Source: Phoronis australis (lineage: Eukaryota > Animalia > Phoronida). From it: 64,000 bases of DNA. A program made the translations under genes and the position numbers. Each line of letters begins with the position of its first letter. The stretch's first letter is position 1. Where the stretch lies: assembly GCA_002633005.1 (NCBI GenBank), contig NMRA01000353.1:133625-197624 (forward strand), read 5' to 3'. Shown piece after piece: positions 56,201-64,000 of the stretch. The notes under the pieces are model-generated. The model was not told the origin of the DNA and ran no database searches. It saw only the letters and a program-made list of their open reading frames with translations.

Positions 56201-59200
56201 TTTACAGCTGCAAAACTGAAATCCATCTTTTTCTCTCATCATGTTGTTGTAAAAGAGTTACAAATGAATGTTTTACACCTTTTCTGTTCACATTCTTTAA
56301 AGCATCTTCTATGTTTGACCAAATTTTGGTAGACAAGTTACTGCATAAAACATGTTTTAAACAATCTTTTTCAAGTCTATTAAACCTTGAAAGGAAGTTG
56401 TCATATGTTACCTAAGCATACAAACTCATTTCTACAAATAATGTTCGATTTTTCAGATCAGCAATAACTTGAGTGACTTTGAATTCTTATACATTGATCT
56501 GATCCTCTTAACATCACTTGGCATTACATGTAAGTATTTGCTTGCATTATGTATGTTTGGCATGATTGTGTAATAAATTTCTTTTTATGACTTCAGCGAT
56601 GCTGTTTGTATTGCTACTTTGTTTTTCCTGATTATTTGCATCACATTTTGTGTAATTTAGAAGTATTGTTTATTATATGTACTACGTGATGTTGCTCCTA
56701 TGTTAAGACTGATGCACGTGTGTGTGTGTGGGGGGGGAGATTGGGTGNNNNNNNNNNNNNNNNNNNNNNNNNNNNNNNNNNNNNNNNNNNNNNNNNNNNN
56801 NNNNNNNNNNNNNNNNNNNNNNNNNNNNNNNNNNNNNNNNNNNNNNNNNNNNNNNNNNNNNNNNNNNNNNNNNNNNNNNNNNNNNNNNNNNNNNNNNNNN
56901 NNNNGGTGGGTGGGTGGGAGGATGGGTGGGTGGGAGGATGGGTGGGTGGGTATGTGTTGTTTGAAATATGAAAAGCAGACAAAAGCACATGGTTTGAGCA
57001 TTTATAGGTAAGAGCTGCCTACACTTAAAAGACCAGTTAAGCTTAGGCGTATTTGCCATTACCGTACTCGAAACTCTTGAGTAAAAAATGTTCTTGAGTA
57101 AAACCCATTAATACGCTTGTTATGGTGATTTTTGTTCTTGCTAGAGCCATGGGCCTTAATCCGCCTGTATGTGATAGTATATTGTTCTTGCCAGGCAACC
57201 TAGTATCTTTTATATTGAGTTCCAAGGTGAAATAAGATTGTTTTGAAATAATGCTCAATGCTCATTTTATAGTCAGTTATGTGTTACTTTTCATACCATG
57301 CTTATACTTGGCTGCTGTAAAGATGCGAGGCAAGTGTTATTCAGAAAGTGTGAAAGATCTAGAATCAAATACTTTGTGCAGCACTATTAAAAACATTTGC
57401 TTATGACTTGTGAAGTCACATACAATGTTGTTATCTGTTGTGACTCTGAAGATCATGATCAGTACATCAGTAGCCTCATTAGATTGTACAGTAACATCAC
57501 ATCTGTTGTTGTCAATGTTGAGCATACTTTAACATTTTTCAGTGTTGAGAATATTTTATTAAGGTACAAAGGCATCATTACTATGTTAAACAGAGTCAAG
57601 TAACTGGGGTTTTAGTGTTTTCATTTTATAAATGTTCACCGCTGTTTTCATGGTTCATTCCAGTCAGCTATACCGGCTCGTACTCTGAGTTACACAGCAC
57701 TCCTCCACCAGTGAAGTTGCTCAGCCTGCTGCCACTGACCTCTGTTGGTCTTCAAATGTTGGTTATGATTGGGGTACAAACAATGATGTATTTCTGGGTG
57801 CGGAGCCAACCATGGTAAGTGGTGCATGAACCAGGCTGTGTACATTATTTAGCTGTTAGGAAAAGTTCTCATGGTAAGCCCCATGGTGTATAAGGAATAA
57901 GTTGCTTGTGGCCTTTCTTGCATACCCCAAATGCATGCCCAGATGCATTTAAACAGAAATTCCTTAACAGGGCTCGACACATAGCGTAACTTCTACTTGA
58001 CAAATGTGAATTGAGGTCGACAAACATGAGCTGAAGTTTTCAAACCTCACTGGCATCAGCCAAAAGTGAAAGAAATGAGTATCGTGAAATGAAAAGCTGG
58101 TGAGTTTGGCAAATGACCACCGGTGCACCCAAAATCTCCCACGTGACATTTATATTTCCCTTTTTTGCTCGAAGGAAAAATTATGATTTTTTGCATGCTG
58201 GGTGATGACTTGAGCCCACAGGCTCACTGGCCAAGGCTGGGGAGGATTTTTCGAACCGCTCTGAATACTATCAATGGTGCCTCCTAGTGACAGTTTGACC
58301 CAGTGCGAGATGTGTTCGCTTCCTTTACTCAAGGTCCTGTGTTCCAGTGCCACTGGGGCACAGTGCTAGACCCTTGAGTCAGGTCTCGTGTACCAGACTG
58401 CCTGCAATTATTTTTATATAGTGGCAGCTTTTTTGCATCTGTGGCTTTTTCCCCTAAACCCTCTGCAGGGTCTTTGTTACATTTGGGTTCTGTATTTGTA
58501 GGAAACTGAAAACGGTTGATGACCTCTTTTAAGACGAGTCTGACTACTGCTGTGTGCCCTCGTGGCTATATTTTCCCATTTCGTTGTGTATCTTTGGAGT
58601 TCCTTGACATTTGTGGATAAAATTTGGCAAATAAGTTTGTATTAAAAGAGACAATGGCACCTTCCTATCTTCAAATGAATTTGACTTAGTGTACGCCTCC
58701 TGGCTGTGCACATATCAACACCCTGCATTGCTATTATTCGTATTATTATGGTTTTGTTATTAGGTTGTATTTTTCTGCACTATTGTTTTACACTACTGAT
58801 AAGTTGTATTGGTCTGTTTTATTATTTTGCTGTATAATTATTTCAGGTTCCTGCCCTTCATCCCAAGTGACGAATATGCCAGTCATACTAACTACGTGGT
58901 GTTCAGTGTCTCCATGTTCCAATACATCACATCTGCCATAGTCTTCTCCCAGGGCCCGCCGTACAGAAACACTATCTTCTCCAATTGTACGTAGGCAGTT
59001 GAGTCAGAAAACAGTTTGTTGGTCATTTGTACAACATGTCTTGTAGTTGGTCATTTGTACAACATGTCTTGTAGTTGGTCATTTGTACAACATGTCTTGT
59101 AGTTGCTTTTGTTGGTCATTTGTACAACATGTCTTGTAGTTGCTTTTGTTGGTCATTTGTACAACATGTCTTGTAGTTGCTTTTGTTGGTCATTTGTACA

Positions 59201-62200
59201 ACATGTCTTGTAGTTGCTTATTCATTGTATTTAGCTTTTGACAATTGATGATTTTTGTGACCCTTGTCATCTCAAAAAGATCAACTTACATCAAGGCAAA
59301 TTGAAATTGCACATTTGAAAATGTTCAAACAATAATATTGCGTACAATACTATTAATGACTCATTTCAGATCTGTTTCTGGGGAATATCCTTCTAATGGT
59401 CCTGTTCTCTGCCTACCTTGTAATCTACCCTGCTCAACCTATTGCTGAATTCATCGAGGTAATTATAGGTGCACATGACCATATGGGTGAGCTATTGTAA
59501 CCCTCACTTTGCTAGAATAGTATCTGTGGCCATCTTTAAGGTACACAGTATCTGCTAACCTAAGTTTCATGAACTGGCCTTGGTACCTGAACAATGGCTG
59601 CTGAACATACCAGTTCAGACAATTTAGTTTTGTTTGACTGTTTTTTAGAAATTTGATTCCCAGTATCACATAATGTTTGAAGATGCATAGAGCATAGGGA
59701 GCATTCGCTAAAAATGCTCTGAAATATTACAATTTGCAGTTTGTTGGTAGATTGTTACGAAACTTTCACACATTGTTTATGATGCTCTAAAATTATGACA
59801 ATCATACAGTGAGTCAGGTAGTCACCAAATAGCGTATTCGAGATTTCAGGTGAAAAACACTATCAGTGATCAAAGAAGGGTTTTGATTGAAATTCATACT
59901 CCTGCCGACCCCAAAACAAACCTCTCCTTATGTCTAAAATTTCAAACTTGGATCCTTAATGAAAATTGTTTTCAATTAGTCTATTAAACCTCAATGAGAG
60001 ACTGTTTAGAGGCCATCAGTGAGCGAGCTTCAACGCATAAATTATTGTGTTGACCCATCACGCCAGTTACTTGAATATAAGACCACATCCACATATGGCC
60101 TATATGTGAAAGTTTACCACTGACCCCGGGTCATCGTGTATTTTGAACGCTGGAGGCCATTGCATCAATCGCAATTTGACAGGTGGGCAATCGACAGAAT
60201 CAAACATGAAAATCTTAACTTTTTGTTTGGGATTTGGTGAAACTAGTACCGTTTTCTGATGATGTCATTAGACCATGATTGTTACCTCCATGAAATTCAT
60301 TATTAACTAGGTCAACTTGCCGACTGGTACGTTTGAATGGGCAACTGGCTGAAAGGCCGGCTTGCCAGTGGAGGACTTTATTAGTTTTTTTGTTTATACA
60401 TGGCCATCTGCCAAATACATTACATTACACATGAAATAAACAAGCATGTTGTTAACTTTTTAAGTAAAGTTTTGTGCACACTCTTCCTGAACTTGAAGAA
60501 AACAATAATTTTCAGTAGCTGTATTGTTTAGTATTTGATTGAGATAGTTGAAACAAACACCAAGTCAAAAAAAAATCATGTTGTGTCTCACTAAGACATT
60601 GCTTTTTACAGAATGAATATTTTTTTAGTTTGCCGTCATCAGAACATTCCTCTTTTGAATTCAGTTTCAAGGTCAAGCAGGCACTATTCACAGTAACACC
60701 ACAATGTGAGGACATTGTCATGCAGGCAGTGACGACAGTAACACCACAATATGAGGACATTGTCATGTAGGCAGAACTCTCAGTATCACCACAATATGAG
60801 GACATTGTCATGCAGGCAGAACTCTCAGTATCACCACAATATGAGGACATTGTCATGCAGGCAGAACTCTCAGTATCACCACAATATGAGGACATTGTCA
60901 TGCAGGCAGAACTCTAAGTATCACCACAATATGAGGACATTGTCATGCAGGCAGAACTCTCAGTAACACCACAACATGAGGACATTGTTATGCAGGCAGA
61001 ACTCTCAGTAACACCACAACATGAGAACATTGTCGTGCAGGCAGTATTCAGTGATAACAAAATGTACTTTATCTTTCAGTTGGACGCTGTGCCTTCAATG
61101 AGCTTCAGAGTACTGATAGTAGTTGTTGCTCTTGGCAATTTCCTGCTGTGTTTAATTGTTGAGGCAAGTAACTGAATTCTTCAATTTTTACATAAAGATG
61201 TAATTGCAAGATCCTTGCTATGCTAATGTAAAGTTGGAACTAAATGACTTTGAAAATCATCTACGCTAAGCAAAGTGCAGCTATATTCACTGACAACTTG
61301 TAAGTGTGAACAAATGAAAACCTTGGGGGTTAACATAGCCTGCGTCATGCAGTGTTATTTCCAACATTACGCCATAATACTTACTAGATACGGTTGAGTG
61401 CTTTACAGCAGATCATTTTTGACGTAAAACTCATTCTTAAAAACAATTTGCAATTTTCAACCTACTTCATATTCACATCATCGCAATATGTTGTGTTTCT
61501 AACTAATTTGACCAAGCAATCACAGATGAGGAATTAGCGTACAAGTTTCACTTTGAGTGCATAGGCTTGAATACAAATCTTCACTGGTTTTGTAATTGTT
61601 GCGATTTCAAGCATGAATTGAGAAATGCAACATGTTCTATGAAGTTTGCCCGAGCTATACCTCATATTATTGAATCATTCAATTGAGAAATACAACATGT
61701 TCTATGAGGTTTGCCCAAGCTACACCTCATATTATTGAATCATGCAATTGAGAAATACAACATGTTCTATGAGGTTTGCCTGAGCTATACCTCATATTAT
61801 TGAATCATTCAATTGAGAAATACAACATGTTCTATGCTTGCCCAAGCTATACCTCATATTATTGAATCATTCAATTGAGAAATACAACATGTTCTATGTT
61901 TGCCCAAGCTATACCTCATATTATTGAATCATGCTGCATTGTGTTACTAACTAAAATTGAGTACGTACATCTCATGAGTCTGTTGTTACTTTGTGAGCTG
62001 AACAATAGAGATAATCAAGAACAAAATGTGCTGTAAATATCAATATGTGGTTGAGGCTCTTGATTATTGTCTACCTCGCATCAGCCTTGTCTAAAAGTTT
62101 AAGCCAAATGAACTGATTATAATTATTCATTCAATATCAGTCCTGTTCAACAATATGCTGTATGTCTTTTCCAGGAGTATTTCCTTAATAGTCTCTACAC

Positions 62201-63729
62201 CAGCTGTATGTGCTGTTCCAGGGAGCGTCTCCCATATGCAGCAATTGAGAAGGAGATTAGAAACACACCTCAATGGCCTCCTGTTGGCAAGACGGATGTC
62301 AAGTAATGTTTTTTAGCTGACTAGTGCAACTATTGTTACAATTCAAGATAATGGCCAATGCTGTTAAGGGTTTTAGTCTAGTTACCCACACAATGTGGAA
62401 CCCTTGAAATTACACGTAGTTGGAGTTTTGTTGCAAGGTTTTAGTTCCTTTTAGCACTTTTTGTCTTGGGATTGCTGAGCATGTGTTTCAATTGCGGCAT
62501 TCTTGTCTCTCATGGTTGAGAAGTCTTGGTAACTTCATCGCTCAGTCATTTTAGCCAGAGTCACTGTGATTGAGGTGTAACTTTTACAGTCAGAGGACAC
62601 TGTAAATTTAGTCTTCAAGAAATCATGGATGTTGCGAAGATTGAAAGTGTTTTGTGGAGTCTTATACAATAATGCAGTGCTATAGTAACTTGAATATGGT
62701 GTAGTATAAAAAGAGCAAGACTGCTTAAATATGGGACAACCCTGTGTCAACCAGCATTGATCTGTGGTGTTTTAACACAGAATGATACAGGATTGTCTTC
62801 ATTCTGTGGTTACATTACAACCCAATACAGGACTGTCTTGGTTCTGTGGTTACATTACAACCCAATACATGACTGTCTTGGTTCTGTGGTTACATTACAA
62901 TCCAATACAGGACTGTCTTAGTTCTGTGGTTTCATTACAATCCAATACAGGACTGTCTTGGTTCTGTGGTTTCATTACAATCCAATACAGGACTGCCTTG
63001 GTATCCATGTTTACATTACAACCCAATCAAAATTATAAAAGAGTTTAGTACAACACACTCCTTCTCCTGTTGCTGATGCCCCAAAAAGTTGAAAATATTC
63101 TCTTTTGAATGCTTGTGCTCTGTTAAGTACCCACCAAATTTGTTCAGTCAGTAGGCCTACATTGTAACTTGCGTCAAGGGTACGAGATGATTTTGTCCCT
63201 GGACATTCATCCATCTGATGCAGTCTCCAGGCAAAATTCATTCTATTTAACAGTTTATTTGGTCTGAGTTAACTGTTGGGTTAACACACACTCCCAAACA
63301 TTTTTTAAACACCCATTCTTGCAGTAACACCCATATTTGTGATATGTTCAATTGCAGTTGGCCTAGGAATTTAGCCGATGAGTGTGGTATGTTTGACCGA
63401 CAATGACTCGAGGGTAGCACTAGACAGTGTAGTCTTGAGGGTAGCACTAGACAGTGTAGTCTTGAGGGTAGCACTAGACAGTGTAGTCTTGAGGGTAGCA
63501 CTAGACAGTGTAGTCTTGAGGGTAGCACTAGACAGTGTAGTCGCGACGTTTTGAACAATAGAACGCTCATCACAGATACTCAATGCACTTCATGTTTAAC
63601 GAGTCACGTGCATTTTGCAGGTACATCCGCGAGGACAGTCGACATGGCCTGATGGCAACATCCAGCATGGAGGAGACTGTGTCAATACCGTGTACTGATA
63701 AGACGATAGAGGAGTCCAGTCGTTTGTGA
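14955..63729 (+). CDS. ATP13A3: P5B-type ATPase (ATP13A3-like polyamine-transporting ATPase), spliced gene span, about 1,190 codons
   Basis: Manually joined AG/GT-bounded exons are phase-compatible. They encode P-type ATPase motifs ([31 protein letters not shown]) and P5B hallmarks ([21 protein letters not shown]). Orthology within ATP13A2-5 was not tested. Confidence 0.93.
15492..15704 (-). pseudogene. Decayed HIRAN-like domain
   Basis: [12 protein letters not shown]...(GEDLY in a shifted frame)...[39 protein letters not shown] matches the D.YAV.V...VGH.PR pattern. Confidence 0.75.
16740..17007 (-). pseudogene. Complete but decayed THAP domain
   Basis: [41 protein letters not shown]...[27 protein letters not shown]; one frameshift, three stops. 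Confidence 0.88.
17223..17672. mobile_element. 450-bp foldback MITE with a 5-bp TSD (CATAT)
   Basis: Arms of about 207 bp with few mismatches, spacer of about 36 bp, CAAGG...CCTTG ends, CATAT at 17218-17222 and 17673-17677. Confidence 0.9.
17748..18645. mobile_element. Old TIR element with inverted C-rich and G-rich sub-terminal repeats
   Basis: aagtgcaaa / tttgcactt ends; cccacgacc repeats on the left, ggtcgtggg-type repeats on the right. Confidence 0.5.
20200..20720 (-). mobile_element. Degenerate reverse-oriented member of the same HINE-like family
   Basis: attttcataatattccttagagtggtttggccgatagagagg is close to the reverse complement of the monomer cctctctatcaaccaaaccactctaaggat..tt.tgaaaat; boundaries approximate. 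Confidence 0.55.
20971..21076. repeat. Minisatellite, 25 bp x about 4
   Basis: gagtcaggcatgagccatgtyagtt. Confidence 0.95.
21968..23007 (+). mobile_element. HINE-like element (same family)
   Basis: 5' tacgcccac and 3' gtgggcgcat sub-terminal IR; six monomers; ends cattgctcttgtt. Confidence 0.75.
23348..23515 (+). CDS. ATP13A3: ATP13A exon [36 protein letters not shown]...IMLR
   Basis: P5-ATPase N-terminal membrane hairpin; ttcag/gtaagg boundaries, phase 0-0. Confidence 0.9.
23869..23927 (+). CDS. ATP13A3: ATP13A exon [19 protein letters not shown]
   Basis: tttttag/gtaaac; resembles DEFKMWF of ATP13A3; phase 0-2. Confidence 0.8.
25030..25235. repeat. Degenerate ~50-55 bp tandem repeat x4
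   Basis: tactttacattcaggagtcatcatttctg.gaccttgaa.tgtt recurs. Confidence 0.65.
26006..26232. repeat. (CA)n and (CACT)n microsatellites
   Basis: 26006-26063 and 26159-26232. Confidence 0.95.
26996..27370. repeat. Minisatellite, 35 bp x about 10
   Basis: cggtgggtgcatatcaatactatgtgagatataca. Confidence 0.95.
27745..27796 (+). CDS. ATP13A3: Candidate micro-exon (S)[17 protein letters not shown]
   Basis: ctag/gtgggt; phase 2-0 supplies the frame bridge needed between 23927 and 32780; other candidates exist. Confidence 0.4.
30161..30202 (+). CDS. ATP13A3: Candidate 42-nt micro-exon [14 protein letters not shown]
   Basis: Strong polypyrimidine tract plus ccag, gtaagc donor, symmetric and frame-preserving. 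Confidence 0.45.
32780..32859 (+). CDS. ATP13A3: ATP13A exon [26 protein letters not shown]
   Basis: tttctag/gtgagt; conserved RYF...KY.W motif. Confidence 0.88.
32867..33060. repeat. Minisatellite, 40 bp x about 5
   Basis: gacagcattacatatagtccattacagaggctcttgtcta. Confidence 0.95.
34409..34483 (+). CDS. ATP13A3: ATP13A exon [25 protein letters not shown]
   Basis: ag/gtatga; GLD...C...GLT motif; phase 2-2. Confidence 0.88.
35285..35489 (+). CDS. ATP13A3: ATP13A exon, TM1-TM2 (YGPNNIEV...[24 protein letters not shown]...)
   Basis: Highly conserved P5 motif; tttcag/gtgagt. Confidence 0.95.
35930..36087. repeat. Minisatellite, 29 bp x about 5
   Basis: tcaatagtgacactgctcacactcacttg. Confidence 0.95.
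36195..36721. repeat. Minisatellite, ~43 bp x about 12, running into the exon acceptor
   Basis: ttacgatattttatacatgtgatactattggtgtttccagatg. Confidence 0.9.
36719..36794 (+). CDS. ATP13A3: ATP13A exon [25 protein letters not shown]
   Basis: ttttag/gtaagc; phase 0-1 fits both neighbours. Confidence 0.88.
37917..38048 (+). CDS. ATP13A3: ATP13A exon, A domain (LVPGDV...[18 protein letters not shown])
   Basis: Conserved A-domain motifs; ttgcag/gtttgt. Confidence 0.95.
39306..39464 (+). CDS. ATP13A3: ATP13A exon [10 protein letters not shown]...[13 protein letters not shown]...VIRT
   Basis: TGES motif spans the junction; tttag/gtatgt. Confidence 0.95.
39834..39979 (+). CDS. ATP13A3: ATP13A exon [21 protein letters not shown]... 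TM3
   Basis: Conserved P5 motif; ttcag/gtaagg. Confidence 0.95.
40468..40668 (+). CDS. ATP13A3: ATP13A exon, TM4 PPALP to CFDK
   Basis: P5B signature PPALP and the phosphorylated Asp; cacag/gtgtgt. Confidence 0.96.
41812..42776. mobile_element. Non-autonomous pogo/Tigger-type (Tc1/mariner) element, TA TSD
   Basis: TA|CCGTAAAC...GTTAATGCCC and GGGCATTAAC...GTTTACGG|TA; sub-terminal gggtgggc.attaccc repeats. Confidence 0.85.
42855..43061 (+). CDS. ATP13A3: ATP13A exon [10 protein letters not shown]...ATCHSL...[14 protein letters not shown]
   Basis: Completes DKTGTLT; gcag/gtatgt. Confidence 0.96.
43504..43611 (+). CDS. ATP13A3: ATP13A exon [22 protein letters not shown]...
   Basis: LEEP...PTVVRP motif; tacag/gtgaga. 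Confidence 0.9.
44103..44259 (+). CDS. ATP13A3: ATP13A exon, N domain ([13 protein letters not shown]...KGAPE)
   Basis: Conserved N-domain motifs; gcag/gtgatt. Confidence 0.95.
44885..46314 (+). mobile_element. HINE-like element (same family)
   Basis: 5' atgcacccacat...atgtggtgcat hairpin, CCTAGTGGC monomers, 3' gtgggcacattt...gttgctcttgtt. Confidence 0.75.
46476..46590 (+). CDS. ATP13A3: ATP13A exon [25 protein letters not shown]...
   Basis: GYRVIALA motif; tccag/gttagt. Confidence 0.93.
46826..47290. repeat. Minisatellite, 30 bp x about 15
   Basis: ttgtgcaagttgtggcttgactgggg-like units; one N inside. Confidence 0.95.
47336..48143. mobile_element. hAT-like MITE with a 5-bp TSD (TAATG)
   Basis: Perfect 13-bp TIR cagtgttctccac; TAATG on both sides; gcgtcgagtttg sub-terminal motif. 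Confidence 0.8.
48730..48854 (+). CDS. ATP13A3: ATP13A exon [27 protein letters not shown]...IMVT
   Basis: FLGL..ENKLK motif; ttgcag/gtaagt. Confidence 0.95.
49052..49227 (+). CDS. ATP13A3: ATP13A exon [17 protein letters not shown]...
   Basis: TGDN motif spans the junction; ttgcag/gtatgt. Confidence 0.93.
49373..49645 (+). mobile_element. 5' fragment of HINE-like element
   Basis: Perfect 15-bp hairpin 49378-49417, ctgtccgtct seed, one monomer. Confidence 0.7.
50119..50229 (+). CDS. ATP13A3: ATP13A exon [24 protein letters not shown]...LLPK (copy 1)
   Basis: FAMTGK motif; tttcag/gtactt; duplicated at 52025. Confidence 0.75.
50448..50527 (+). CDS. ATP13A3: ATP13A exon [27 protein letters not shown] (copy 1)
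   Basis: [10 protein letters not shown] motif; duplicated at 52356. Confidence 0.75.
50875..51172. repeat. Minisatellite, ~24-26 bp (shorter array at 52785-52982)
   Basis: tactttgatactagtctccaataa. Confidence 0.95.
51288..51440 (+). CDS. ATP13A3: ATP13A exon [38 protein letters not shown] (copy 1)
   Basis: GDGAND hinge motif; duplicated at 53098. Confidence 0.75.
52025..52135 (+). CDS. ATP13A3: Second copy of exon 50119-50229
   Basis: Same sequence and splice sites; only one copy fits the reading frame. Confidence 0.6.
52356..52435 (+). CDS. ATP13A3: Second copy of exon 50448-50527
   Basis: One synonymous difference seen (CTA/CTT, first codon). Confidence 0.6.
53098..53250 (+). CDS. ATP13A3: Second copy of exon 51288-51440
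   Basis: Appears identical to copy 1. Confidence 0.6.
53638..53734 (+). CDS. ATP13A3: ATP13A exon [32 protein letters not shown] (TM5)
   Basis: EGR.ALVTSF..FKYMA.YS motif; cacag/gtgagt. Confidence 0.95.
54061..54135. repeat. Minisatellite, 18 bp x about 4
   Basis: tgaaataacatgtgataa. Confidence 0.9.
54471..54719. mobile_element. hAT-like MITE with a 6-bp TSD (ATACAT)
   Basis: 9-bp TIR cagggcttg; ATACAT at 54465-54470 and 54720-54725. Confidence 0.7.
54750..55035 (+). mobile_element. 5' fragment of HINE-like element
   Basis: gtgggtgcatattgccatcatctctgt followed by a monomer with ccctagtggc. Confidence 0.7.
56457..56529 (+). CDS. ATP13A3: ATP13A exon [24 protein letters not shown] (TM6)
   Basis: D..FLYID substrate-pocket motif; tttcag/gtaagt. 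Confidence 0.93.
56748..56904. other. Assembly gap (N run) flanked by GT/GGGT low-complexity sequence
   Basis: N run. Confidence 0.99.
57664..57814 (+). CDS. ATP13A3: ATP13A exon [20 protein letters not shown]...VRSQPW (TM7)
   Basis: PP..L.S and QPW motifs; ccag/gtaagt. Confidence 0.92.
58410..58740 (+). mobile_element. Degenerate 3' fragment of HINE-like element
   Basis: cctaaaccctctgca..gtctttgtt and aaatttggcaaata monomer motifs; ends gtgcacatatcaa...ctgcattgcta. Confidence 0.55.
58847..58986 (+). CDS. ATP13A3: ATP13A exon [46 protein letters not shown] (TM8)
   Basis: FQYI..AIVFS.G.PYR motif; tttcag/gtacgt. Confidence 0.93.
59017..59219. repeat. Minisatellite, 28/37 bp x about 6
   Basis: ttggtcatttgtacaacatgtcttgtag(ttgcttttg). 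Confidence 0.95.
59370..59458 (+). CDS. ATP13A3: ATP13A exon [30 protein letters not shown] (TM9)
   Basis: Hydrophobic helix; tttcag/gtaatt; phase 1-0. Confidence 0.9.
60678..61052. repeat. Minisatellite, 45 bp x about 8
   Basis: cagtatcaccacaatatgaggacattgtcatgcaggcagaactct. Confidence 0.95.
61080..61163 (+). CDS. ATP13A3: ATP13A exon [28 protein letters not shown] (TM10), GC donor
   Basis: tttcag acceptor; GAG|GCAAGT donor is required to keep the frame. Confidence 0.88.
61612..61933. repeat. Minisatellite, ~62-65 bp x5
   Basis: aattgagaaatacaacatgttctatg...gctatacctcatattattgaatcattc. Confidence 0.95.
62175..62306 (+). CDS. ATP13A3: ATP13A exon EYFLNSL...[23 protein letters not shown] (stop 62304-62306, or donor after 62302)
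   Basis: Conserved Y..IE.EI...P.WPP tail; ttccag acceptor. Confidence 0.9.
   Translation, partial: EYFLNSLYTSCMCCSRERLPYAAIEKEIRNTPQWPPVGKTDVK
62785..63027. repeat. Minisatellite, 40 bp x6
   Basis: caatacaggactgtcttggttctgtggttacattacaacc. Confidence 0.95.
63410..63542. repeat. Minisatellite, 27 bp x5
   Basis: gagggtagcactagacagtgtagtctt. Confidence 0.95.
63621..63729 (+). CDS. ATP13A3: Probable terminal exon [35 protein letters not shown]
   Basis: cattttgcag acceptor; in frame (phase 2) with AA|GTAATG donor at 62302/62303; coding-like composition. Confidence 0.6.
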
Positions 63730-64000
63730 CCAGACCCACGCCAAACACACTAAGTTTTCCATGTGACAACCAATGCATTTATTGTGTGGTTATGTTTCTA
63801 GTTCTGTTCAAGGTGTACATAACTATGATGTATTTTTGGTGCAAGCTGGCACAAAGAATATTTTGTTAAGTACCTGTGTGACAAATATTTTCCATTTTGT
63901 CAGATGTAAATAGGAAATATTTCATGCTGAAGTTGTTATGCGTCTATATACTTCTTTAAGAAATCCACCCATTTTTATAGTTTGGGTCAGACGTGTTCAA

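Noticed and set aside
56657-57059. ORFs spanning X runs
   Set aside because: Artefacts of the N gap and low-complexity flanks
58150-58400. Possible tRNA-derived SINE on the minus strand (GGTTCGAA B-box-like)
   Set aside because: No convincing A box, tail, TSD or second copy in the window
60512-60966. Repetitive ORFs ([15 protein letters not shown])n, and similar ones at 63247-63583
   Set aside because: Translations of 45-bp and 27-bp minisatellites

Overview
Eukaryotic, AT-rich animal DNA (probably a marine invertebrate/lophotrochozoan; taxon is inferred only). The window is dominated by one + strand, intron-rich gene for a P5B-type ATPase (ATP13A2-5 family, most ATP13A3-like; polyamine transporter class). 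I traced about 30 exons by hand from 14955 (possibly 6889) to 63729, giving about 1,190 codons. The protein has [32 protein letters not shown] and a C-terminal WPP. Notable gene features: a GC-AG intron, a stop codon overlapping a splice donor (two possible C-termini), unresolved micro-exons in the variable N-terminal loop, a candidate leader exon rich in uORFs, and a 1.9 kb three-exon tandem duplication joined by a single N (probably an assembly artefact). Introns and the upstream region are full of non-autonomous DNA transposons. These include Helentron/HINE-like elements with regularly spaced CTCF-like motifs, an AT-flanked TIR element holding decayed THAP and HIRAN-like coding remnants, palindromic elements with 9-bp TSDs, hAT-like elements with 5/6-bp TSDs, a pogo/Tigger MITE and many minisatellites. 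No RNA genes or CRISPR arrays were seen. All calls are manual readings without database searches, and none of the findings is an established new system.
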